Below the pieces are notes generated by a model, which saw only the letters and a program-made list of their open reading frames with translations, was not told the origin of the DNA and did not search any database. A stretch of DNA of 64,000 nucleotides from Candidatus Sigynarchaeum calidifontis (lineage in GTDB: Archaea > Asgardarchaeota > Lokiarchaeia > Sigyniarchaeales > Sigyniarchaeaceae). The stretch spans positions 1 through 64,000 of the forward strand of contig JAUQYZ020000230.1 of assembly GCA_030587475.2 (NCBI GenBank), read 5' to 3'. Position numbers and translations under genes: made by a program. Numbering within the stretch: position 1 is the stretch's first letter; each line of letters starts with the position of its first letter. Shown here piece after piece: positions 9,834 to 21,321 of this stretch.

Positions 9834-10874
9834 ATGGGCGTGAAAATCACTGAACTCGTTTCAGCCACGAAGAGAACACCCTCCCTCACGGAACTAGCAA
9901 ATAAAAAGGTCGCCATCGACGCGTTCAACTGGCTCTATTCATTCCTCGCACCGATCCGCCTGGCAGATGGATCAATGCTGCAAGACGGTCAAGGCCTCGC
10001 CACGTCACACTTGTCGGGGTTTTTCTTTCGCAACATCTACCTTCTCGAAAATAGGATAAAGCCCGTATACGTGTTCGATGGCAAGCCGTCAGAATTGAAA
10101 AAGGAGACCATCGCCAAGCGCGTGGAAATTCGCGAGGCTGCCCGGAAGAAAGCCGAGGACAAGAAAGAAGAGGGCGCGTTGGAAGAGGCCAAAAAATTTT
10201 CGGAAGCAGGCACCCATGTCGAACAATACATGATCGAGGATTGCAAGCGCCTCTTTGAACTCATGGGCATCCCGTACATCGATGCACCGAGCGAGGGAGA
10301 GGCACAAGCTGCGCATTTGGTTAATAAGAACGCCGTGTACACGGCCGTGTCCCAGGATTACGATTGCTTCTTGTTCGGCGCACGGTCGTTGCTCCGGAAC
10401 TTGACCCAGCAAAAGGTGCGCCGCATTCGAGGCAAGGATTATCACATCGAAATGGAAGCGTATGATTTACAAACGGTTTTAAAACACTTGGGCCTCAATC
10501 GGGAACAACTCGTCGACCTTGGAATCCTTATCGGGACGGACTTCAACCCCGGGATTAAAGGGGTCGGGCAGAAGACCGCCTTGAAATACATGGTGGAGTT
10601 TGGCTCGATTGAAAACATTTTTGATAAAAAACCGGATCTCGCCCAGCATTTACCGATGGACCTCGTCAAGCGAGTTAGGAAGGTATTCCTTGAACCAGAA
10701 GTGACCGATAATTATGATCTAGCAGTGAAGCCCTTCGATCCGAAGGGGCTCGTCGAGTTCTTGTGCAAGGAGAAGAGTTTCAGCGAGGATCGCGTCAATG
10801 CACGGATACTGGCCTTGCAAAAGGAGCTAAAGAAGGCATCCCAGCAAAGCTTGGACTCCTTTTTTTCAAGGTGA
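9834..10874 (+). CDS. fen: Flap endonuclease 1
   Basis: MGV start, IDAFNWLYSFL, VFDG, APSEGEAQAA, SQDYD, GTDFNPG and a C-terminal PIP box QQSLDSFF. Confidence 0.97.
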   Translation: MGVKITELVSATKRTPSLTELANKKVAIDAFNWLYSFLAPIRLADGSMLQDGQGLATSHLSGFFFRNIYLLENRIKPVYVFDGKPSELKKETIAKRVEIREAARKKAEDKKEEGALEEAKKFSEAGTHVEQYMIEDCKRLFELMGIPYIDAPSEGEAQAAHLVNKNAVYTAVSQDYDCFLFGARSLLRNLTQQKVRRIRGKDYHIEMEAYDLQTVLKHLGLNREQLVDLGILIGTDFNPGIKGVGQKTALKYMVEFGSIENIFDKKPDLAQHLPMDLVKRVRKVFLEPEVTDNYDLAVKPFDPKGLVEFLCKEKSFSEDRVNARILALQKELKKASQQSLDSFFSR

Positions 10875-10982
10875 TGTTTATGGCGAGGACTGCTCGTACC
10901 CATTGTTATTTTTAACTTCAGTACAACATAATAACTACAAATGCTATGAATTAAGCGATCAACACCCTTCTGGTGCACGCAA

Positions 10983-13340
10983 GTGGAAAACCGAGATCCA
11001 GATCGAGATCCAGATGACGATTTCAACCCTCAAGACCCAGATTCAGGTGATTCTGGGCAACGGGACAACCCCGATGACTTCGAGGCGGATGACGACTCGA
11101 AGGATGACGAGCTCGAGGCACAAAAGGGCGAGCAAAAGTCGTTCACGTTGAAAGTAGCAGAAGCAAGGCAGAGGGATGTCGGACGTTCCATCATAAGGAT
11201 TGACCCGGAAATAATGGAACAGCTCAACGTCAAAACCGGGGACATTGCCGAGATAACCGGCAAGAAAAAAACGTCGGCCATCGCATGGCCTGCTTACCCC
11301 CAGGATCAAGGCCTCGGAATCATTCGCATTGACGGTCGCATCAGGAAAAACGCGGCCGTGAGTCTCGGGGAGGACGTCAAGATCAGCCGCGCGAGGAAAA
11401 TCTCGGCAAAAAGCGTCATTCTTGCCCCGACAAGTACGAAATTGCGTGCAGATTCCCGGTTCGAGAGTTTCGTGAAGCGTAAAATGTTGAACCTTCCAGT
11501 CACGAAAGGTGACACAATTTTCATCTCGATCGGTATCAGCCGCGAGATCAGTTTCTTGGTGGTTAACGCGAAGCCCGCTGGGACGGTGATGATACGTCAA
11601 AACACGGTGCTTCATGTTTCCGAGAACCCGATAGAAGAGGAAACACCTTCTGGTATCCCGGTCATCACCTACGAGGACATCGGCGGCCTGGAAGAGGAGA
11701 TCCAAGCGATACGCGAGATGGTCGAACTCCCGCTCAAGCACCCCGAGCTGTTCAAGAAGCTTGCCATCGACCCCCCCAAGGGCGTCTTGCTCCGCGGCCC
11801 CCCTGGCTGCGGAAAAACGCTGTTAGCGAAGGCCGTGGCTAACGAATCCGAAGCACATTTCATTTCCATCAACGGGCCCGAGATCATGAGCAAGTTTTAC
11901 GGCGAGTCTGAAAAGCGGCTGCGCTCGATTTTCAAGGAGGCCGAAGACAACGCCCCGAGCATCCTTTTCATCGACGAGCTCGATGCCATTGCGCCAAAAC
12001 GCGAGGACGTCACGGGCGAGGTCGAACGACGCGTCGTCGCGCAACTGCTTGGGCTTATGGACGGCCTGCATAGCCGCGGCCGGGTCGTTATCATCGGCGC
12101 TACTAACAGGCCAAACGCGCTCGATCCCGCGCTACGGCGTCCAGGACGCTTCGATCGGGAGATCGAGATCAAGATCCCCGGCTATGATGGCCGCATGGAG
12201 GTATTGCAAATCCACACGCGGGGTATGCCGCTAAGCGTCGACGAGAAAGATCGAGTCGATCTTGAAGCCATTGCCAGCACGACCCATGGCTATGTAGGTG
12301 CGGATCTCTCAGCGCTGTGTCGCGAGGCAGCCATGCGATGCTTGCGCCGGTATTTGCCCAAGATCAACCTGGATGAAGACACCATCGATCCGGAAGTGCT
12401 CGACCAGATCGTCGTGTCCATGGACGATTTCAAGGAGGCTATGAGGAACATACAGCCCAGTGCCATCCGGGAAGTGCTCATCGAGATCCCCAAGGTGCAT
12501 TGGGACCAGGTCGGGGGCCTGGAAAAGACCAAGGAGGAGCTCAAGGAGGCAGTCGAGTGGCCGCTGAAAAACCCGGATTCCTTCAAGCGCATGGGCATCA
12601 CGCCGCCGAAGGGAATCCTCCTGTTCGGCCCGCCTGGTTGCGGGAAAACGCTCCTCGCCCGCGCAGTCGCCACGGAGAGCGAGGCCAACTTCATCTCGGT
12701 AAAGGGGCCCGAACTGCTCTCGAAATGGGTGGGTGAGTCGGAAAAGGCAATCCGGGAAATCTTTCGGAAGGCGCGCAGCGCCGCACCGTGCATCATCTTT
12801 TTCGACGAGTTCGATTCCATCGTGCCACAGCGCGGCATGAGGAGTGGCGATTCCGGCGTTACCGAGCGGGTCATTTCTCAATTCTTGACGGAGATCGATG
12901 GTGTCGAGTCCGTCAGCAACATCGTGGTCATGGCTGCCACCAATCGGCCCGATATCCTCGATCCCGCCATCATCCGTCCCGGGCGCTTTGACCGGCTCAC
13001 CTATGTGCCCAAGCCAACCAAGGCGGAGCGCCGCCAGATGCTAGACATTTTCACCAAGAACATGCCCATCACCAAGGACGTGAACCTTGACCAGATTGCC
13101 GAGAAGATGGAAGGGTTCTCGGGCGCGGATATTGAAAGTTTCTGCCGGGAAGCTGCAATACGCGCATTACGCGAGGACATCCACGCGGCGAAAGTCGACA
13201 TGCGGCATTTCCTTTCCGTGTTCAACGATGTCCGCGCGTCCATCACGCCGGAGATGGAAAAATATTACGAGCAGGTCAAGGATCAGTTATTGAGCCGGAA
13301 GACCCGGAAGGTAGGGGAAGATAAGGGATTGTTCACTTGA
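10983..13340 (+). CDS. cdc48: CDC48/VCP AAA+ ATPase with an acidic N-terminal extension
   Basis: N-domain, two GPPGCGKT Walker A motifs, FIDE/FFDE Walker B motifs and two RPGRFD SRH motifs. Confidence 0.97.
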   Translation: MENRDPDRDPDDDFNPQDPDSGDSGQRDNPDDFEADDDSKDDELEAQKGEQKSFTLKVAEARQRDVGRSIIRIDPEIMEQLNVKTGDIAEITGKKKTSAIAWPAYPQDQGLGIIRIDGRIRKNAAVSLGEDVKISRARKISAKSVILAPTSTKLRADSRFESFVKRKMLNLPVTKGDTIFISIGISREISFLVVNAKPAGTVMIRQNTVLHVSENPIEEETPSGIPVITYEDIGGLEEEIQAIREMVELPLKHPELFKKLAIDPPKGVLLRGPPGCGKTLLAKAVANESEAHFISINGPEIMSKFYGESEKRLRSIFKEAEDNAPSILFIDELDAIAPKREDVTGEVERRVVAQLLGLMDGLHSRGRVVIIGATNRPNALDPALRRPGRFDREIEIKIPGYDGRMEVLQIHTRGMPLSVDEKDRVDLEAIASTTHGYVGADLSALCREAAMRCLRRYLPKINLDEDTIDPEVLDQIVVSMDDFKEAMRNIQPSAIREVLIEIPKVHWDQVGGLEKTKEELKEAVEWPLKNPDSFKRMGITPPKGILLFGPPGCGKTLLARAVATESEANFISVKGPELLSKWVGESEKAIREIFRKARSAAPCIIFFDEFDSIVPQRGMRSGDSGVTERVISQFLTEIDGVESVSNIVVMAATNRPDILDPAIIRPGRFDRLTYVPKPTKAERRQMLDIFTKNMPITKDVNLDQIAEKMEGFSGADIESFCREAAIRALREDIHAAKVDMRHFLSVFNDVRASITPEMEKYYEQVKDQLLSRKTRKVGEDKGLFT

Positions 13341-13376
13341 GCACGATAATCACATGGGGCAAAGATGTAGGAAACT

Positions 13377-14867
13377 TTAATTGCCCGATTTCTCTCCCAT
13401 CTCTTTTATTGCCCTCGTCGTGAGTACTGGATTCCGCGCAGCGAGTACCTGGTCGAGACGCTTCACGGGCATGGCCAACGGCGCGCTTTTCACGGTTGCT
13501 GGTTCCGTTTCTGCTTCTTTCTTGATTCGCTTGATGATCTCGACCAGATCATCGAGACGGGAGCGCGATTCTGTCTCGGTCGGTTCGATCATCATGGCCC
13601 CGTGCACGATTAATGGGAAGTATATCGTCGGGGGATGCACCCCGAGATCTTGCATCCGCTTGGCGATGTCATCGGTCGTCACGCCATTTGGAAAGCCGGT
13701 ATCGCTGCCAACGAACTCGTGATAGCAGCGTTTAGAGTATGGGACACATATCGTGTCCTTGAGCTTGGCTTTCAAGTAATTCGCGTTCAAGACCGCGCAT
13801 TGCGTGCTCTTGCGCAATCCTGCTAGGCCAAGGGAATTAACGTAGCAATAAGCCCGAACGATCACGCCAATGTTGCCATGGAATGCCTTGATACTACCAA
13901 ACCCGCCATGCTCAGGCAAGATGATCCGATACTCGCCATTATCAAGCGAGATCCGGGGCCCCGGCAAGAAATCCTTCAGGTTTTCTTTAACACCAACGGG
14001 ACCGGCACCAGGCCCGCCCCCGCCGTGCGGCGTGCCGAAGGTCTTGTGCAAGTTCACGTGAACGATGTCAAAGCCCATGTCTCCGGGGCGGCAGATACCG
14101 CAGAGCCCGTTCAAGTTCGCACCATCATAATAGCACAAGCCACCTGCATCGTGAACCATGCTCGTGATTTCGAGAATCTGCTCCTCGAAGAGCCCGAGCG
14201 TGTTCGGGTTGGTCAGCATGATCCCGGCGACATCACCCGGTGCCAAGGCTTTCTTGAGCTCCTCGATGTTCACGAGCCCGTGCTCGTTAGATTTGATCTC
14301 TATGACCTCGAAGTTGCATGCTGCAGCCGATGCCGGATTTGTCCCGTGAGACGTATCTGGGACGATTATCTTGTTCTTTTTCTTTTCCAGGCCTTCATGC
14401 ATCATGGCTTTCTTGATAGTGAGCATGCCCGTGAATTCTCCATGGGCACCCGCTGCTGGCTGCAAGGTGAAAGCGTCCATGCCCGTTAACGTGGCGAGGA
14501 TCGAGGCCAACTCGTGTAAAACGCGAAGAATACCCTGGCAGCTCTTGTTGGATTGGAGGAATTGCAGTGGATGGATGTCTCGGAAGCCGGGCATGCTGGC
14601 GATCGACTCGTGCACCTTTGGATTGTATTTCATGGTACACGACCCGAGCGGGTAGATGCCGTTGTCGATCCCGTAGTTTTTCCGAGAGAGATCGATATAA
14701 TGGCGAACGAGCTCGATCTCGGGGACGTCCGGGATGTCGAGCGCGTCTTGTTTCCCCCGCAAGAGTTCCGCGGGGATGTCGAGGGCGGTATCGGACGTGA
14801 TTGGATCGAGGGGGAAGCTCGTGGCATTTTTTCCCGGGGTTCCCTTGTCGAATATGGTCTTGATCAT
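13377..14867 (-). CDS. gcvPB: Glycine dehydrogenase (decarboxylating) subunit 2
   Basis: YPLGSCTMKYNP, LQPAAGAHGE, HGTNPASA and NLHKTFGTPHGGGGPG; ATGA overlap with the gcvPA stop. Confidence 0.97.
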   Translation of the reverse strand: MIKTIFDKGTPGKNATSFPLDPITSDTALDIPAELLRGKQDALDIPDVPEIELVRHYIDLSRKNYGIDNGIYPLGSCTMKYNPKVHESIASMPGFRDIHPLQFLQSNKSCQGILRVLHELASILATLTGMDAFTLQPAAGAHGEFTGMLTIKKAMMHEGLEKKKNKIIVPDTSHGTNPASAAACNFEVIEIKSNEHGLVNIEELKKALAPGDVAGIMLTNPNTLGLFEEQILEITSMVHDAGGLCYYDGANLNGLCGICRPGDMGFDIVHVNLHKTFGTPHGGGGPGAGPVGVKENLKDFLPGPRISLDNGEYRIILPEHGGFGSIKAFHGNIGVIVRAYCYVNSLGLAGLRKSTQCAVLNANYLKAKLKDTICVPYSKRCYHEFVGSDTGFPNGVTTDDIAKRMQDLGVHPPTIYFPLIVHGAMMIEPTETESRSRLDDLVEIIKRIKKEAETEPATVKSAPLAMPVKRLDQVLAARNPVLTTRAIKEMGEKSGN

Positions 14868-16234
14868 TTGGAACTCGCCTCCATGCAAATCGTGCAAAGA
14901 TCGTCGATCGCCTCCATGTCGTTCATCTCAGTGACACAGAAGAGCATCATGCCCGCCCACGTGGTATCGAGAGATCCGAGATCGAGTGGCCCCAGGATGT
15001 CTCTCGCCTCACATGCTTGTATGACACGCTTGACGATCGCGATTTCATCGACCTTGATGGCAAATTCGTTGAAAGTCGGCCCCTTATTGACAACAGAGAA
15101 ACCCTTGATGTTCCGCAGCTTGTTCTTCATGTAATTTGCTTTTTTCACGTTTACTTCGGCAACTTGCCGCAAGCCCGTGCTCCCGAGGGAAGCCATGTAT
15201 ATCGCGGCACGTAGCATGTTCAACGCCTCGTTGGAGCAAATATTCGAAAGCGCTTTTTCCCTGCGAATGTGTTGTTCCCTCGCTGTTAAGGTCAACGTGA
15301 AACCGTGACGGTCACCGGTCGTTTCCTTCGTTAGTCCGACGATCCGCCCCGGCATCTTGTGGAGAAGCTTGTTATCATTCACCGCGATGAGCCCGAGTGC
15401 TGGCCCACCGAAGCACATGGGAATGCCCAGGGATTGCCCCTCGCCGACGAGGATATCACACCCAGCCGCGCCAGGTGGCTTCAGCAATGAAAGCGACAAG
15501 GCCTCGGTAGTGCACTGGATAGTCATGATGTCGTTATCCTTTGCCTTCACGGCGTTTACGATCTTGGTAGTATCGAGAATCGTGCCGAAAAAATCGGGAT
15601 TGCATATCACCACGGCCAGAACATCGTCGTCGATGGCTTGTAGAATTCTGTCCGGATCGACTTGCTTGAACGTGATATTCCGAGGCATGAGCGCAGTCCT
15701 GGCAGCGGTTAAATAGAATGGGTTCAGCTGCCCCGTGACGATGATGGTTCCCCTCTTCTTGTTCAAGGAGATGGCCATGATGATGGCGTCCACGAGCGCG
15801 GTTGCCCCATCGTGCAGCGAGGCGTTCGAATACCTCATACCCGCGAGTGCCGCGATCATCGATTGGTACTCGAAGATGGCTTGCAAGTACCCTTGCGATC
15901 GTTCTGCTTGGTATGGGGTATAACTCGTCCAGAACTCGCTGCGGGAAACGAGATAATCGACAGTTGCCGGAATGAAATGCCAATAACTGCCAGCGCCCTG
16001 GAACATGCTCTTGTAAATCTTGTTCCCCGCGGCCACGCGATTCACGTGCGCCTTGAGCTCGATCTCTACCATTCCTTGCAAGGAAAGGGGACTGGCTTGG
16101 AAAATAGCCTTTGCCTTGGCATCATCGAGCAAGATACTCTTCGGAATCGTGTCGAACAAGTCTTCAAGGCTCGACACGCCAACCACTTCCATCATGGATT
16201 GAATTTCTTCGTCCGTATGGGGAATGTAATCCAT
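14864..16234 (-). CDS. gcvPA: Glycine dehydrogenase (decarboxylating) subunit 1
   Basis: YIPHT, SYTPYQAE.SQG.LQAIFEYQS and REQHIRREKALSNICSN motifs. Confidence 0.97.
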   Translation of the reverse strand: MDYIPHTDEEIQSMMEVVGVSSLEDLFDTIPKSILLDDAKAKAIFQASPLSLQGMVEIELKAHVNRVAAGNKIYKSMFQGAGSYWHFIPATVDYLVSRSEFWTSYTPYQAERSQGYLQAIFEYQSMIAALAGMRYSNASLHDGATALVDAIIMAISLNKKRGTIIVTGQLNPFYLTAARTALMPRNITFKQVDPDRILQAIDDDVLAVVICNPDFFGTILDTTKIVNAVKAKDNDIMTIQCTTEALSLSLLKPPGAAGCDILVGEGQSLGIPMCFGGPALGLIAVNDNKLLHKMPGRIVGLTKETTGDRHGFTLTLTAREQHIRREKALSNICSNEALNMLRAAIYMASLGSTGLRQVAEVNVKKANYMKNKLRNIKGFSVVNKGPTFNEFAIKVDEIAIVKRVIQACEARDILGPLDLGSLDTTWAGMMLFCVTEMNDMEAIDDLCTICMEASSK

Positions 16235-16274
16235 GCTTGAACCCCTCTTCGTTTAACTTGATGAAAAAAAGAAA

Positions 16275-16655
16275 TTAGTGGGGGAATTCCTTCTTGTACG
16301 CATCCGCCGAGAGAAGATCCTTGATTTCCTCGGGTTTCGAAATTTTAACCTTGGCAATCCACGCGTCGTACGGCGCCTTGTTGAGCAACTCGGGAGATTT
16401 TTCAAGATCCGCGTTGATAGCCATTAGCTCCCCCGAGACCGCCGCGTAAACCTCGGCGACCGCCTTGACCGATTCGATGACCGCGATGGTCTTTCCCTTT
16501 TCGACGCTCGATCCTATCTCCGGGAAGTCATCGATGTACACGATGTCGGTGAGTTCGTGCTGCGCGTGATCGGTGATGCCCATCACTGCGGTATTTCCCT
16601 CGATCTTGACCCATTCATGTGTCTTGGTATATTTTAACGTGTCGGGAATGTTCAT
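16275..16655 (-). CDS. gcvH: Glycine cleavage system H protein
   Basis: YTKTHEW, GITDHAQ and the lipoyl motif IESVKAV. Confidence 0.97.
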   Translation of the reverse strand: MNIPDTLKYTKTHEWVKIEGNTAVMGITDHAQHELTDIVYIDDFPEIGSSVEKGKTIAVIESVKAVAEVYAAVSGELMAINADLEKSPELLNKAPYDAWIAKVKISKPEEIKDLLSADAYKKEFPH

Positions 16656-16732
16656 GGGAGACCATTTCCTTTTTTTTTTGTTTCAATTTTCAGCATTCTG
16701 GTTTGTTGAGGCTCATCGCTTGTTTCTTAGTA

Positions 16733-17848
16733 TCATTGGCGTGGATGGTACGTGTAGAAAGGACGAGGCACAATCCTGGCCTTTAATAACTTTTCACGAA
16801 CTTTAACGGACACCACGGCATCGATCTTGTTATAATCGATGTTTATAATTCCCAAAGCGATACTTTCCTTGAGCGTGGGCGAGAACGTGCCGCTCGTGAT
16901 AAAACCGATCTGTTTACTGCCCGTTTCATCGTAGATCTCCGCGCCGTGACGCATAATCCCCTTGTCGATAGCCTTTAACCCGGCGATCTTTCGCTTGGTG
17001 CCGTGCTCGAGCTGGTCCAGCAATACACTTTTCCCTATGTAGTCGGCTTGCTTTGCCTTCTTGATTATGAACTCTATTCCAGCTTCAACAGGTGTTATGC
17101 TCTCGGAAATCTCGTGTCCATACAAGGAATAACATGCTTCCAAGCGTAATGTATCTCGAGCACCGAGTCCAACGGGCAGCAACTTGAATGGTTTCCCTGC
17201 TTCGAGGATTAATCTCCAGGCTTTTATCGCCTTGTCTGCCTGGAACGAGATCTCGAACCCGTCCTCCCCCGTGTAGCCGGTGCGCGCGATAAAGGCCGGG
17301 ATGGTTTCCTTGATGGTTGTCTCGATGAATTGGAAACGTTTTACCGTGTTCAGATCGACCGGCACGATGTTTTGCAATATGTCCTGGGCTTTCGGCCCTT
17401 GCAAAGAGACCCTGGCACGATGTGCAGACTGATCGATGATGGTAACGTCCTTGAATCGAGCCGCGTGCTTGTTGAGCCACGCGAGATCCTTGTCCTTGTT
17501 GGCAGCATTCACGATGATCTTGAATGAGTCCCTCGCATACTGGTAATAAAACACGTCATCAACCACGCCACCATTTTCGAGACAAAGTGTTGAATATTGC
17601 GCCCCACCTTGTCTCATGATCGATAAATCGTTCACGCAGACATGCTGGAGAAAATCAAAAGCCATGCCTCCCGAGATCATGAACTCGCCCATGTGGCTGA
17701 TGTCAAACAACCCGGCATTCACCCGCGTGTTCGTGTGCTCCTCGATAATGCCCGTTGGATATTGTACCGGTAACGACCAGCCCCCGAAATCGATCATCTT
17801 GGCGCCTAGTGCTACGTGCTCGTCGTTGAGTGGCGATTGCTTCAACAT
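16733..17848 (-). CDS. gcvT: Aminomethyltransferase (glycine cleavage T protein)
   Basis: FGGWSLPVQY, LFDISHMG, RTGYTGEDGFE and GLGARDTLRLEA motifs. Confidence 0.97.
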   Translation of the reverse strand: MLKQSPLNDEHVALGAKMIDFGGWSLPVQYPTGIIEEHTNTRVNAGLFDISHMGEFMISGGMAFDFLQHVCVNDLSIMRQGGAQYSTLCLENGGVVDDVFYYQYARDSFKIIVNAANKDKDLAWLNKHAARFKDVTIIDQSAHRARVSLQGPKAQDILQNIVPVDLNTVKRFQFIETTIKETIPAFIARTGYTGEDGFEISFQADKAIKAWRLILEAGKPFKLLPVGLGARDTLRLEACYSLYGHEISESITPVEAGIEFIIKKAKQADYIGKSVLLDQLEHGTKRKIAGLKAIDKGIMRHGAEIYDETGSKQIGFITSGTFSPTLKESIALGIINIDYNKIDAVVSVKVREKLLKARIVPRPFYTYHPRQ

Positions 17849-17967
17849 ACCAAGGTCTTGTTAGATCTACGATGCCAGTCAATAAAAGAGCGACGATCTA
17901 CATGCGCGTTCGGAACATGGACCGATCGGATCGCGTCCACACATCCCGACCGTGCCCTATTCGCTCG

Positions 17968-18219
17968 TTATTTGAACAGATCCGCGTTCAAGCGATCTTG
18001 GTTGATGAGCTTGATCTTCTTGCGCGTCTTCGTGATTTGAGAGACGGTGACAATACCTTGAACTTCAAGGGCCATGAGTTCGCGTTCCAAGATCTCGCTG
18101 CTAACAACCTCGTCTCCCCTTGAGATTAAGCGTGCAAGGTCATCGTCGAGGATTTCACCCTTCCGTTTGATAATGGCAACTAATATCTTATTGCGGAGTG
18201 GTGAGGCTGACCAGGACAT
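17968..18219 (-). CDS. Small winged-helix-like archaeal protein
   Basis: wHTH-like pattern (LMALEVQGIVTV); co-directional with the gcv operon. Confidence 0.65.
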   Translation of the reverse strand: MSWSASPLRNKILVAIIKRKGEILDDDLARLISRGDEVVSSEILERELMALEVQGIVTVSQITKTRKKIKLINQDRLNADLFK

Positions 18220-18326
18220 GATAATCACATGAACTTTTTTCGATCGTTCCGAAAAAATCGTGTAGCTAATTGTTTTAAGTTATCCCGGTGTTTTAAGTTT
18301 TATCTGAGAAAACGCTCCCTGGCTCG

Positions 18327-19739
18327 ATGCGTATGACTCTAGAAGGGATGGAAGCCGCTGTTAACAATGCCATGGAACTAGGTGCCGAGTTTTGCGACAT
18401 CCGGGTTGATTCTTGGCAAAATTTGAGCATGGATATCATGGGGTCGCGGACGCGGAACATCGTATCGTCGCTCGGTTCCGGCGCGGGTATACGTGCATTA
18501 ATCGGTGGCGCGTGGGGGTTTGCAACAACGATCGACACGAGTAAAGGGAGCTTGCTCCATTGCAGCAAGAAAGCCGTGCGTCTCGCGAAGGCATGCACGA
18601 GGTTCGTGAAAAAGGAGCAACAATTTACCATTTCCGAAGGAATCAAGTTCGCATCGGGCCGGAACGAAATCACGCGCGATGACGAGATGGATAGCGTCGC
18701 TAGCGAGGAAAAGATCAAGTTTTGCTTGGATCTTGACAAGCTCGCCCGCGCGAGGTCGCCACTCGTGAAGAACGTGATCCTCCGATTTTCCGAAAGCTTC
18801 GGGAAAGCCGCAATCGTGAACTCTCGTGGATCTTGTATCGAAAAGAGCATCGGTACCGTGTATACAATCGCCAATGTAATGGTAAAGGAAAATGACGTTT
18901 TACAGTCAGGCAGTGAGATATTTAGCCACATTGGTTGCTGGAACACGGCTGACCCTGTTGCCGTCGAGAGAGCGGTCATCACCGCGGCAGATCAAGGCTT
19001 GCGGTTGCTGAAAGCCAAGGCTTGTCCGCCCGGTGCTTTCACTATCATTGCAGACAACAAGCTTGGCGGCGTATTCGTGCACGAGGCCATGGGCCATGCT
19101 TGCGAAGCAGACAGCATCTTGTCTGGTCAATCCATCCTCGAGGGCAAGGCTGGGGAGCACATCGGGAACGAGGCCGTGACCATCATCGACGACGGCTCGC
19201 GCCGGGACTTGTACGGCTACATGCCGTCGGATAGCGAGGGTATCCCATCACGTAAAACGACGCTGGTAAAGGACGGGATCCTCGTCGGGTACTTGCACGA
19301 CCTGGAAACGGCATCGCGAATGGCGTGCCCGCCCACGGGAAACGGCAGGGCCGAGAGTTTCGATTGCATGCCCCAGGTTCGAATGACCAACACGTATCTC
19401 GAGCCACGAGACTGGACGCTCGACGAGATCATCGGCGACACGAAGCACGGCATCTATTGCAAGAACTGGCAATATGGCTACGTGGAACCAGACAAGGGCA
19501 ATTTCATGTTCAAGTGCAAGGAGGCCACGATGATCGAGAACGGAAAACAAACCACGCTGCTCAGGGACGTCGCGCTGTCGGGTCAGATATTGCAGGTCTT
19601 GCACGACATCGACGCGATCGGAAATGATTTCGGGTCTTCTGGCGGGATGTGTGGGAAGGGCGGGCAGCACGTGCGGGTGAGTGATGCCAGCCCGCATTTC
19701 AGGATCAAGAACGTGCTGGTCGGGGGGATGGAAGGATAA
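18327..19739 (+). CDS. tldD: TldD metalloprotease subunit
   Basis: HEAMGHACEAD, GNGRAES, RMTNT and C-terminal CGKGGQ motifs. Confidence 0.95.
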   Translation: MRMTLEGMEAAVNNAMELGAEFCDIRVDSWQNLSMDIMGSRTRNIVSSLGSGAGIRALIGGAWGFATTIDTSKGSLLHCSKKAVRLAKACTRFVKKEQQFTISEGIKFASGRNEITRDDEMDSVASEEKIKFCLDLDKLARARSPLVKNVILRFSESFGKAAIVNSRGSCIEKSIGTVYTIANVMVKENDVLQSGSEIFSHIGCWNTADPVAVERAVITAADQGLRLLKAKACPPGAFTIIADNKLGGVFVHEAMGHACEADSILSGQSILEGKAGEHIGNEAVTIIDDGSRRDLYGYMPSDSEGIPSRKTTLVKDGILVGYLHDLETASRMACPPTGNGRAESFDCMPQVRMTNTYLEPRDWTLDEIIGDTKHGIYCKNWQYGYVEPDKGNFMFKCKEATMIENGKQTTLLRDVALSGQILQVLHDIDAIGNDFGSSGGMCGKGGQHVRVSDASPHFRIKNVLVGGMEG

Positions 19740-21121
19740 TGCTATCGATCGATGACGACGGGTTCGACGAGGATGCCATCAAGGCGCGGGTCGAGCGCCA
19801 GATCGAGGCCCTCGGCGCCCCGATGTACGAGATCTTCATGGAAACGGGAGCCAGCCTCTCGATCGACCTGGAGCGGGGCTCGCTCAAGAACGCGGAGATC
19901 GGCAAGGATTCGGGGATCGGGCTGCGTGTCGCGAACAAGCTCGGGCAAACCGCCTTCTCTTACACGTCCCAGACAGACGCGCAATCCATCGAGAAAATGG
20001 TCAAGAATGCCATCTCGATAATGCAAATGGCCACCCCGGATCCGGATTTCAAGTCATTTGCCAACAAAGCGGCAATTATCAACTTGCCCGGCCGTGTCGT
20101 GTTCGACCCGGCAATCGAGCGCATCACCATCGATGACGCCGTGCAGCTCGTGAACGGTGCCTTGGAGAGTGCCCGGAGCAATCCCGATCCCCGCGTGTAT
20201 TCAGTAAACGTCTCGTTCAAGGCCAGTTGCACGCGTATCTCCCTTTTCAATTCCAACGGGATCGACGCCAGAGAGAAGCAGTCCGATGCCATATTAACTT
20301 GCGATGTAACGGTCAAGGATGGCGGGGAGATGAGTTCCGATTACGATTTCACGAGTGGCCGCGATTTGCAGCGGATATCGGTCGATGTTGGGGCAAAAGC
20401 GACTGGCCTCGCATTAAAAACCCTCGGGAAGGTAAAGATCAAGACAGGTTTTTATCCAGTCGTGCTCGGCACTCGTGCCGTGGGCACCGTGCTTGCCGGT
20501 GCGATTGCCAGCGGGATCAACGCGGAGCTCGTCCAGCAAGGCATGAGCTTTCTCGGCGAGAAGGTCGGGAAAGCGATCGCTCCGGATCATTTCTCCCTGG
20601 TCGACGATCCCCGCCTGGAGAACGGGTCGCGGGTGCTCTCGTGTAGTTTCGACGGGGAAGGATTTCCAACCAGGCGAAAGGCGATCGTCGATGCAGGGAT
20701 GCTGGAAACTTTGCTGCACAATTCCTACACTGCTAACAAGGCCGGCGTGGAGAATACCGGGAACGCGGTTCGAAGCGGGTACACGAGCCCGCCCCGTATT
20801 TCCCATTTCAATTTGGTCGTCCAACCGCGACGCGATCACGTCGTCCACGATCTCTACAATGGCATCAAGCGCGGAATTTACTTCGACCAGACGTATGATT
20901 CACCAAACATGGCAACAGGTGACTTCTCCGGCATGATTTCCTCCGGTTTCCTGATCGAGGACGGCACGATCACGTCTCCGATCAACCAAGCCACTTTTGG
21001 CGTGAATCTCCTAGACTTGTTCAACTCGATCGAGGCATATGGAGACAAGGTGGACGACCGGGCCGGGATCATATCACCAGCAATCCGGCTCAAGGGAATG
21101 CACGTGTCAGGAAACTTGTGA
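19739..21121 (+). CDS. pmbA: PmbA/TldE family protein
   Basis: TldD/PmbA fold motifs (FDGEG, TGNA.R, TGDFS) without HExxxH; translationally coupled to tldD. Confidence 0.9.
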   Translation: MLSIDDDGFDEDAIKARVERQIEALGAPMYEIFMETGASLSIDLERGSLKNAEIGKDSGIGLRVANKLGQTAFSYTSQTDAQSIEKMVKNAISIMQMATPDPDFKSFANKAAIINLPGRVVFDPAIERITIDDAVQLVNGALESARSNPDPRVYSVNVSFKASCTRISLFNSNGIDAREKQSDAILTCDVTVKDGGEMSSDYDFTSGRDLQRISVDVGAKATGLALKTLGKVKIKTGFYPVVLGTRAVGTVLAGAIASGINAELVQQGMSFLGEKVGKAIAPDHFSLVDDPRLENGSRVLSCSFDGEGFPTRRKAIVDAGMLETLLHNSYTANKAGVENTGNAVRSGYTSPPRISHFNLVVQPRRDHVVHDLYNGIKRGIYFDQTYDSPNMATGDFSGMISSGFLIEDGTITSPINQATFGVNLLDLFNSIEAYGDKVDDRAGIISPAIRLKGMHVSGNL

Positions 21122-21321
21122 AACCGGTGGAAACGCGCTGGATCGAGAATGATTCTTGATTAGCTTTTTTGTCGGCTCCCCTCGCAAGCATCCTTGGCAC
21201 TGGCTCGTCAAAAGGCTGCAATAACGAGGCTATAAAAATCCTGGTGAACGTGACGAGCGATAATATGGTTTTATTAACAAAATTTTATATCATCGCGTTC
21301 GGGCGATCACATTGATCGCGC

